64,000 nucleotides of DNA. It comes from Takakia lepidozioides (lineage: Eukaryota > Plantae > Bryophyta). Of the stretch, positions 51,490-60,249 are shown piece by piece; positions within the stretch are counted from its first letter, which is position 1; each line of letters opens with the position of its first letter. Both the position numbers and the translations under genes were made by a program. The DNA is taken from contig CM060731.1 in NCBI GenBank assembly GCA_030704615.1, positions 56,358,001-56,422,000 of the forward strand, given 5' to 3'. Under the pieces are notes generated by a model. It made no database searches, was not told the DNA's origin, and saw only the letters and a program-made list of their open reading frames with translations.

Positions 51490-51800
51490 GAATTACCTGC
51501 AGGATGGAAATTCGGCGCCGGATTTCCATCCGTCCGCGCTCCGAGTTACCTGCAGGATGGAAATTCGGCGCTGAATTTCCATCCGCCGCGCTCCGACTTA
51601 CCTGGCGGACGGAAATTCGGCGCCGGATTTCCATCCGTCCGCGCTCCGACTTACCTGCAGGACGGAAATTCGGCGCCGGATTCCCATCCGTCCGCGCTCC
51701 GACTTACCTGCAGGACGGAAATTCGGCGCCGGATTCCCATCCGTCCGCGCTCCGACTTACCTGCAGGATGGAAATTCGGCGCCGATTTTTTCCATCCAGC
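51490..51800. repeat. Tandem array with a 53-bp unit and the core GGAAATTCGGCGCC in the opposite orientation
   Basis: Cores at 51506, 51559, 51611, 51664, 51717 and 51770, plus one more unit near 51266. Confidence 0.95.
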
Positions 51801-52324
51801 GGGCGATTGACGAAGTGTCGGGGGGATATTCGGTGTGCGCCTGTGACCGACCTCCATACATTAATGGCGCAGTTGGGCATTAAATGTCCTCCGCCGTCGG
51901 TTTTGAACCGGGCTGGCAACACAGGGATTCCGCGGTTGCTTCCCGGATACGCCTTGGAAACCCTATGATAAACTTGGATGAACTTCTATTGGAGGCATGT
52001 ACGTACACATTTGGCGAGATCTTTTTTCTTTTGTTGGGACTTATGCCGCGTGGAGAAGGGCGTGGCTCTCCTGAGAGAGACCCCACATCCAGACCGCGGC
52101 GGAAACTGAAGGCTTTGTAGTGCGGGCGACGTCCAACCTCTCGCATGGCCAAACTTAAGCTACAGCAGGAAATTCCATTGTCTTGCTCACAGCCCGCGCC
52201 AACTGAAGCCGAGCACTCTCAGGTCCGCCCCTTCCTCTTTCGGTTTTCTTCGTTTTTTTTGTTTGTTTTCGCATCTTCCGCCTGGCAGCCCTGGAAGCGC
52301 ATGGTTGCATCGCAAAAGCAGGAG

Positions 52325-52487
52325 TTGTTGAGAAGAATGATCAAGGTCAGAGTGGTTAGAACGGAGCCAGGCCGTTGTTGCATTCAGATTTGCAACATGG
52401 TGCACACCTCGCTGTAGATAACAGGTTGCAGCTCAGAATTAAGGAAATCCATGTTGAGCTGAGAAGATTGTCTGAGCAGATGAAGTG
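52325..52487 (+). pseudogene. PPR E+ domain fragment embedded inside the MULE
   Basis: LRRMIKVRVVRTEPGRCCIQICNMVH / VDNRLQLRIKEIHVELRRLSEQMK, similar to 9640-9790 ([24 protein letters not shown]). Confidence 0.75.
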
Positions 52488-55134
52488 CCTTCAAAACATT
52501 TCACCCTGTTTTCCCGTCTTATGGAATTCGTGTTCATTTGTTCATCGTGTTTCATGTTACTGGTTGAGTGAACCTTAGATAGTTTGCAATGCGTGTGCAA
52601 AGCCGGCAGCTCTGGAGAAGGCTGCTTGTGCATGTCATTCTTAGGCATTGGTTCGATTTGTTTTCATTGTTGTTCCATGCCACTCCATACTTGGTTTTTA
52701 TTTATTTTCATTGTTGTTCCACGATTGTTGCGATGGTGGTTGCGGTGCTCGTTGCGATGGTGGTTTTCATTCCGATGTTGGTTCTCACGATTTTTGGAGA
52801 TGACAGAGTGACGACGAGCCCGGCACGCTGGTGGTATCATCGACAGCTCCAACTGCTCGAGCAGTCACTCCAAAAGCCGCTACTCATCGCATGTTTGGAT
52901 CGCCCAACTTGGGGCGAGAGGGCAAACTAAAACCTTTTGTTGGTGGACGGGAGGACCTGCAGCGAGAGTACGACAGAATAGGCATTGGGGAGGTTGGTGC
53001 AGGCGGCATGGCAGGTGAAGGGCATCGGATGAGGACAGCAGATCCGGCAACGGAGGATGTTGATGCACATGCAGTAGGGCCCGCCCACGCAAAGAAGAAG
53101 AAGAAAGCCAAGCACATGCAATCCCCGACGAGAGAGCCGTCACGAGCTGCGGAGGGGGGAGTGAGCAGGGCGCGCGAGGGTGTCAGATCGCCTCAATCAA
53201 AGGTGGTCGTCCTAGAGGGCTCCCCTGCTGCTACCCCTAGTAAGAAACAGAAAGCCCGTGAGAGGGCAGAAGAGAGGGCAAAAGAACAGGCGAGACAAAA
53301 GGCTAGCTAGGAGGAAAGAGAAAAGGCCACTGAAGAGGCCAGGGGTGTCGAAATGACAGATGCCAATGTAAGCGAGGGACGCACAGAGACGGTGGATCCC
53401 TCCAAGACCCACAAAGAGGCAGTAACACACCGGTTACACCATCGCGGGCAGGAGCAGCCCCCGCAATTACCCATACGGTGGAGACTGGAGGAGGGGAAAG
53501 AACACCACAAAGAGCACGGATTGTGCAAGATCGAGGTGAAGCCGGGGAGAGGGCAGTAGAGACGAGGAGAGTGCTCGAGGTGGTTCCGGTGGTGGTTGAC
53601 CATGTTGAGGGCGACGAGAGGGAGCTTTTTGACCAGGATGACATCCTCCCGAACATCCCCAGGCCCCAAACCCGGAGCATACAGGCTGGATTTGGCGGTC
53701 CGAGTAGGCTGCCGGAGAACCCCCCTGCAACAGACGTCATGTCCGAGGCGGATATGAAGTTGGCCGCTGCCAAGATGTTGGAGACAACCCACAGCAACAT
53801 TGGCAGGGTCCTGGGGGGCATGGTATATCCGGCCAAGCTTCGGATTTCCCTTTGCCGCTTGGTTTCATTGCAGGTGGTCAGACCTGCCCTCCCAGACGAT
53901 ATCGACAAGCTGAAATTCTTTTTCCGGGAGGGATATCGAATGGGGTCTGCCGCGTTTTACGTTTCCATGGAGAACGACCACGGAGCTTCTCGTGCCCACG
54001 CTTCCGATGAGGTGGACAAATGGGGTCCCCATTGGCAAAGGCGAAATGAGGAGTTCGAGAGATTGATTGCTACTGATCCTCTTTTCCAGCACTTGTCCGG
54101 AAAGATGTTTTACGTGTGGGACGACAATCATCGCCTCCTGGCATGGATGGAGTACATAGCCCAAGCCCACCCATCGACCTGGATTGGCATTTCGCCATGG
54201 AGTGTGTTGTGCTCAAGGTTGCGGGGAAGATCGTAGTCTTCTCAAAGCGGCAATGGCAGACATCAACTCGTAAGTTACAATGCTTCTTGCTTTGGAACTT
54301 TGAATTTGAAACGAACATTTCATTGCCAATCGTTATATTTGTTGCAAATTCTCATTTCTGTATTGTTTAATGGAAATGTGGCATTGCAGGGTGACTGAGA
54401 ATGCCTTCATTGCCACCAACTTGTCCCATATGCTCTTCCGAGTGAAGGATGTCGGGAAGCAGTGGGTGCAAGAGTTTGCCAATTCACTCAGTGCCGACCT
54501 CCTACGCAAGTCGGAGGCAAAGGCAGACAGAACCTAGTATAGGCTGAGCATGGATGCCATGGTGGACTACATATTTCGGGTAAAGCTCCTCACTGTTTTG
54601 TTGAGCTAATCTGTCTCTCCTCCCCCAATAGAAGAAAAAAATGTTGAGCAGGATCTCTAATCTTATGTGCGCATTCTTGCAAACTGTCCGATCCCACATT
54701 CGACATGTGGATGAACCGCATGACATGGTGGTTTCAGGTACTTTCCCACGCTTCATTTGGGGCGTCTACTCTTGTATCGGATGGATTTATTGTATTTTTT
54801 GAGGAAAACGGTCTGATGGAGAATCTCCACAGGTGACGACGAATGCGCAAGAGCAGCTTGACACACAAGCACATCAGTTCAAGCTGGAGATTTTTGGTGA
54901 AGCTGAGAGCCTACGCGACTATGTGACGAGGTACTTTCTGCTCTACAAAACTGATCTATTCTTTCGAGAGATACCCCATGCCCGCCGGAGCCACGAGTTC
55001 ACGGACCAGCCGAACGCAGACAAAGCGGCAATGCGCCTTCTGTACAGGTACAAACGCTGTGCCTTTCTTTTTAGTCCTAACATTTCCAGGATGTAAGAGG
55101 CCCTATGTGGCGCATGAAAATTAGTTGTGGTCCT

Positions 55135-55945
55135 AGGAAAAATGGCGCCGAATTTCCGAATTCGGGCCCTGGGGGATGGCTGTCCAGGGGGTGCCTGGCA
55201 CTCAGTCCGGAAATTCAGTGCCATTTTTCCAGTTGCAGGCCCAGTCAGATCTGGGACTTACCCATTCTTGGCCCCAACCTGGGAAAAAAATGGCGCCAAA
55301 TTTCCAGTTGAGGGCCCCGAAAATGGCTAGGTCCCTTGGGAGGCTGGCACCGAATCCGGAAATTCGGCGCCATTTTTCCAGATCAGGGCAAAGTCAGCTC
55401 TGGGACATAGCCATTTTCGGGCCCAACTTGGGAAAATGGCGCCAAATTTCCAGTGAACGGCCCCGAAAATGGCTAAGTCCCTTTAGAGGCAGGCACCGAA
55501 ACCGGAAATTCGGCGCCATTTTTCCAGTTCCGGGCCCAGACAGTTCTGGGACTTAGGCATATTTGGCCCCAACCTGGGAAAATGGCGCCGGTTTTCCAGT
55601 GCAGGGCCCCGAAAATGGCTAAGTCCCTATAGTGGCAGGCATCGAATCCGGAAATTCGGCGCCATTTTTCCAGTTCCGGGCCCAGTCAGTTCTGGGACTT
55701 AGGCATATTTGGGCCCAACCTGGGAAAATGGCGCCGAATATCCAGTGCAGGGCCCCGAAAATGGCTAAGTCCCTACAGTGGCAGGCACCGAAACCGGAAA
55801 TTCGGCGCCATTTTTCCAGTTCCGGGCCCAATGAGTTCTGGGACTTAGGCATATTCGGCCCCAACCTGGGAAAATGGCGCCGGTTTTCCAGTGCAGGGCC
55901 CCTAGTGTGGCAGGCACCGAAACCGGAATTTCCAGTTCCGGGCCT
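55135..55945. repeat. Intronic 146-bp tandem repeat (~5.5 units), each unit with two oppositely oriented GGCGCC motifs
   Basis: GCA(C/T)CGAA(T/A)CCGGAAATTCGGCGCCATTTTTCCAG starts at 55347, 55493, 55639 and 55785, an exact 146-bp period. Confidence 0.95.
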
Positions 55946-58900
55946 AGTCATTTTCATTCCCTAAAATTTACCTCGTTCTTGGGACCTCATTCTGTGTTTT
56001 TCTTGAATGCAGGTACTGCAAGTTCTCCCTTTTGGAGAAATGACATCTGTCCTTCGAGCCGCCATTCTTCCTCGCATGGAGGAACCTTGGGGCTGACTCC
56101 ATGTACACCGACTTCATCGTGAAGGAATGGCATCTGGAACATTTGCGCGACTACCCTTAGTATGTGGACCTTCCGCCCGGCTCGCTCGACCCATCCGAGT
56201 TTCAATTGAAGCTGGATGCTGAGGCTCGACGAAACCGGGCTCCGCTGCCTCCGCTGCCTCCGTTGGGTCCAAAGGAGGCGAGAGCGCCAGGAAAGCGGCA
56301 GAGCTTGCTCAGGCAGGTATTCAAGAGAAATTGAATGAGAAGAATAAAGGACAAAAGAAAAGGACACGGAAACAGGGGAGTACAGTAACCCCCAAAAAAC
56401 AGAAAACCACCGGGGCACCAGAGGAGGCGCAGGAGGGGCCCCAAGGGAGTGACTCCGCCGACGACTTTGTGCAAGGTCCTGCGACTGCTGCTGCTGCTAC
56501 CAAGTCACCAGTCGTCCGGGTTCCCAAGTCAGTTCGGTCTGGGACTGGCTCTACCAAGAAGTTGGCATTTGAGGGCGAGCCTACACGACAGTATTCGGCA
56601 GTGACATTTCCGAAGAGGCCAAAGCTAGAACCCCCAACCATCATCCAATGTGTCAATGAGAGCTTCCTTGACGCTCTGGCTGCCAGGGCGAAGAAGGTGG
56701 CACATAGCAAGTCTGTGGAGGAGCAAAAGGGGAAAGCCAAGAAGAGGGCTCCCAGTACAGAGCCTAAAGACACCCCTGGTTTCGAATCCATGATGGAATT
56801 CTTCATGGCTGTGAGCACGGATTGCAAGAGCACTCGGGGTGGGGTTGAGGTGGAGAGAGCCTGCGATATGATTCTCCTCGATATTCCTGATGGGGAGCTG
56901 CTGGAGGGCCTGGATGGTGTGCCCACCTGGAACAGATTTACTGAGGACTACTGGAGAGCCGGGTTTGGGCTGGCGGGGATGCTCCTGGATGACGGTGGAT
57001 GTATGGTGGTCATTGCCACAAGAGGGAAGACCACAGACAATGTTGTGGCAAGGTGGACACCGAAAAGTGTCACCCCGGTCCTCCTCAAAAAATGGTTCTG
57101 CATCAATACGCAGGGGTTGCGAATAGAGGGCCAGAGTGTAAGTTATCAATCTATTGCATTCACTTCATATTGTGGTGTATCTGAACTAGACCCTGGAGTT
57201 GATCTGTCTTTTGTTGGATGTGAAGACATTGGTGTTTGAGATATATTGTTTTGTGAAGAGAGGGTCTACGTTCAAATTCCGCAACGATTATCGTCTTGTT
57301 GATGCCGTTGTGGACCCTGTTACCTACGATGTCCTCTACAACTATGTGCCCCACTCCAGTATGCCGAAGGACACAAAGACAGGCAAACCGTAGCGGTACA
57401 GCCGGACCCGGAGCCAAGCTTTCATCCAAACCCTCATGGAGACGTGCTCGGATGTCCAAGGGCGGATTCTTGACCTCACATGCGGCACGGGTAAGCCTTC
57501 ACGTGCACAGTTTGTCCCCTGGCCCGATTGCAATTGCATGCCGCATGCTACTAACCGCCCGCTTTGTCCCTCAGGTGCCTCAATGTGGGCAGGGACATTG
57601 TCCGACAGGCATGTCTTCGCCTTCGAGCCAGATACTGCCCTCCACAACTCCGAACTTGCAGCGGCTGAACGTCTGCCGAAAGAGGAAGAGACATCCTCGG
57701 AGGATGAAGAAGAATCCGACAAGGAGCAGGGGGAGGTACAAGTTGGGATCGAGGCCGAGGAGCCCCTGGTTTACGAGTGAGTGGTCGCATTGTAAGTTGC
57801 CTCCTGATTTCGTGAGGCACCTCCCTTTGTCTCTTATTTCATTGAAAGACCCTTTTTTGCTTCTCCTGGTATTGACATTCTTAAAGTGGATTTGTTCTTA
57901 CTGCAGGATGCCAAGTACTGCAGGAAGGACGTCTACACCGCAGTTCATGGGCAGGAGGAACGTGCCTTTTTTTGTCGGGGGGATTTCATGTCTAGTCCAG
58001 AAAGGGACTACATCCTTCCTACTTATGCTGCCCGGCTTGCTTCGGTGTCCATTAGGAAGTCTTCCGAACCTAGTCGTGTACAGCAGATTTTAGACGAGGC
58101 AAGCTTCAAGAAAATGAAGATGAGGGAGGAGGCAGCAGCTATTAGAGCCCGTCAGGCTCGTAGATTTGTCTTGGATTTTGCTGAGGAAAGTGGGGGAGAA
58201 GAGGCAGAAGATTCCCAGGAGGTGAGGTGGACAGTCTCCCAAGGAGAAGACGGAATTTTTGAGAGGCATAGTGGAACTGATGCATCACAGAGCTCGGAGG
58301 ATGGGGGGGATGAGGGGGATGAGGAGGAAGGCGGGGCAAGTTCCTCGGAGGGTGTAGGAGAGTAGTGCCCATTCCGGCTATGATAGTTAGGACACACTTT
58401 TATAGATGTGGCTTGCCACAAAATTTGCAATAAAATGTTGCATTTCATTGCTATGACGAGTGCACTGGTGCCAAACTCCAACTTCATATGACCCTATTTC
58501 CGTGGACACACAATGGTCCGCTCATGCTTTTTTTTTTTTCCGCTCATGCTCATGCCGCTCATGAAATAGCAACCCCCGAGCAAACCAGGGCCACCCACCT
58601 TTCCGAAGGTACCGCTTCTTCTCCTTTCTCTCTGAGCCTTATTAGGACGGGAGTTGTTTATGGGCGGAACCCCAGAGACTGCACTGACCGGAGCCATAAA
58701 GGGTAGCGCCTAAAAGCACTGAAGGGACCAGCCTTGAGGACCAAAGCAAGATGAAAAAGGGAGAGGGAGCAGATCAGAGCTGCCGAAGGATAGCTATTTT
58801 GACGAAGAGAGAAGGCCGGTAATTGCATGACCAGGGAGGAGATTGTGAGCCAAAAGATAAAGCAAGAATAAGTAGAGAGTGGAGAGAATGTGACCAAGAG

Positions 58901-60249
58901 CAGGAACTTATCTGCCTGCAGATTTGTTGGCCATTCTCCGGCACCAGCTGCAGTGTTAATGTCCGTGGCTGCGAAACAGAAGGAGCTCTAGAGAGCGGGA
59001 AGAGCAGGCAACCTCTCAATATCCGTGGAAAGCGAGCTCGCTTTCCGAGAGAGGGAAGTGAAGGAGATAAGACAAAGCAATTGAAGGGTGAGTAGGGAGA
59101 ATCGCACAAGAGGGAGTGTTTTATTTTTTTATTTTTAGAGGGATGACACATCCAGAGCAAGCCGAGAGAGAAGATGTACGGGGAGGACGCATTCGTTGAT
59201 GGAGAGAGGGTTCGGGTGCTGCGTTCGTCGCGAGTAGGGTGGGACTCGCAAATCGGCTAAGTCCCCAGCCCTCTCACTGGAACTTGTGGAGCACATCGTA
59301 CTCTCAAGATTATTATTCGTATTATTATTATGTCATGCTCTCCGTATTGAAGGCTAAATTTTCTGCTCGAAATTACATCTCCAACGCATTTGGCTGAATT
59401 CCATTATGACGCGATATGCCTCTACACCGAATTTATACGACGACATCGAAGACAATAGCATGCGTGGAAGTGCTTGGTTGTGCAAGAACGGATCACCCAT
59501 CATGGAAACAGCCACTGCATCCTCTTACTGTGAGCCTACTTTCTGCCACTCCGTTTTGCCAAACGCAGAGGTAGCTGCTACCAGAACATGACCAACTGTG
59601 TATTGAAAAGTGTCGACTTGATAGTGAAGAGGCAGCAGTTTCATCAGGCTCTCCTTCTTTTCTTCAAAAACCCAACTAACTTAAGTCTTAGGCTTTTTGG
59701 GGTTGGCTCACTTTAGTCAAACAAGTTACTTTTGTGTGACCATACTAAAGCTGTACTGACTGCTGACGTTTGATTACCGAGTACCCGGGTCCCAGCTAGT
59801 GTGGCAGACGTATTAATAACTCCGGGACAGTAGATTTAGGGTTTGAGCATGTGATGGCGATCACAACAGGAATGATAAGAGGCAGTACATAGTGATGAGA
59901 GAGCGGCGGGAGGTAAGTTGCAGCGCTAGTGTGCAGGCTGCTGCAGGTAAGTAGGTCTGTAGACTGCCCGGCCACGCACTCCACGCTCATCAACATGCCC
60001 GGCCCGGAATCCTATGCACCCCGACATTCCCCGCCTGTCTCATTCTCTGTGCACTATGGATGAATGAACTTTATTACGCCTCACATTGATAGTACACACG
60101 TGACAGAGGAACCTCAGTACAGATTGTTCATCCATCCTGGTGGTCTATTCTTCTCCATTTTATTGGAATATATGAAGCGAAATGTTTGTTTTTGTCTTGA
60201 GATGTCCCCAACCGCGAGGCCCCAGCCCTTGTGCTTATTAGCCCTCAAC

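Larger units (their letters stand above)
51884..58365 (+). pseudogene. MULE accessory gene: ParB/Srx-like domain plus beta-class N4C/N6A DNA-methyltransferase-like domain, acidic tail; spliced, inactivated
   Basis: ParB-like region LRISLCRLV..VVRP...IDKLK..F.EGY...FYVWDDNHRLLAW (53840-54150). MTase-like motif IV region CDMILLDIPDG (56862-56894), then LLDDGGCMVVI, then KP*RYSRTRSQAFIQTLMETCSDVQGRILDLTCGTG|ASMWAG..SDRHVFAFEPD (motifs X, I, II). GT-AG introns at about 54270-54390, 54580-54832, 55093-56012, 57138-57226, 57491-57574 and 57777-57906. The 5' exons are uncertain. Confidence 0.72.
45853..58576. mobile_element. Complete Mutator-like (MULE) DNA transposon, 12,724 bp, with two divergent genes
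   Basis: Left end GAGGTTAGCTATTTCATGAGCATGAGCGG; right end (reverse complement) GGGGTTGCTATTTCATGAGCGGCATGAGC. Identical 9-bp TSD CGAGCAAAC at 45844-45852 and 58577-58585. Removing the element restores the LINE reading frame GPGLLG|AAPFSSPP. Confidence 0.95.
40851..59110 (-). mobile_element. L1-clade LINE (degenerate), interrupted by the MULE
   Basis: Poly(A) tail seen as poly-T at 40851-40869. zf-RVT/C-terminal ORF 41382-43355. RT ORF 43431-44633 (PGLDGLP, LDFQKAFD, YANDT). ORF1/EN fusion 44693-45850 (WIIAGDFN, ARLDRVY), which continues at 58577-58697 on the far side of the MULE. The 5' end is approximate. Confidence 0.88.

Noticed and set aside
50705-51800. CRISPR-like appearance of regularly spaced repeats
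   Set aside because: The 'spacers' are themselves repeated, there are no cas genes, and the context is a eukaryotic TE.
50453-51968. Several 150-230-aa ORFs with repeated MEIRRRFSIR/WKNGAEFPS peptides
   Set aside because: They are translations of GC-rich tandem arrays that are open in many frames on both strands. There is no sign of real coding.
46699-57400. In-frame stops as signs of readthrough, a variant genetic code or U-to-C editing
   Set aside because: All three stop types occur along with frameshifts, the sequence is nuclear, and neighbouring genes use the standard code. Mutational decay is the simpler explanation.
53000-58365. Bacterial or phage contamination as the source of the ParB/MTase-like sequence
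   Set aside because: The gene has multiple GT-AG introns, one of them splitting motif I, and lies inside a TSD-flanked element embedded in a plant LINE.
58823-59095. SVNVRG / LNIRG resembling an endonuclease start on the plus strand
   Set aside because: No downstream EN motifs follow, and it lies antisense within the probable LINE 5' UTR.
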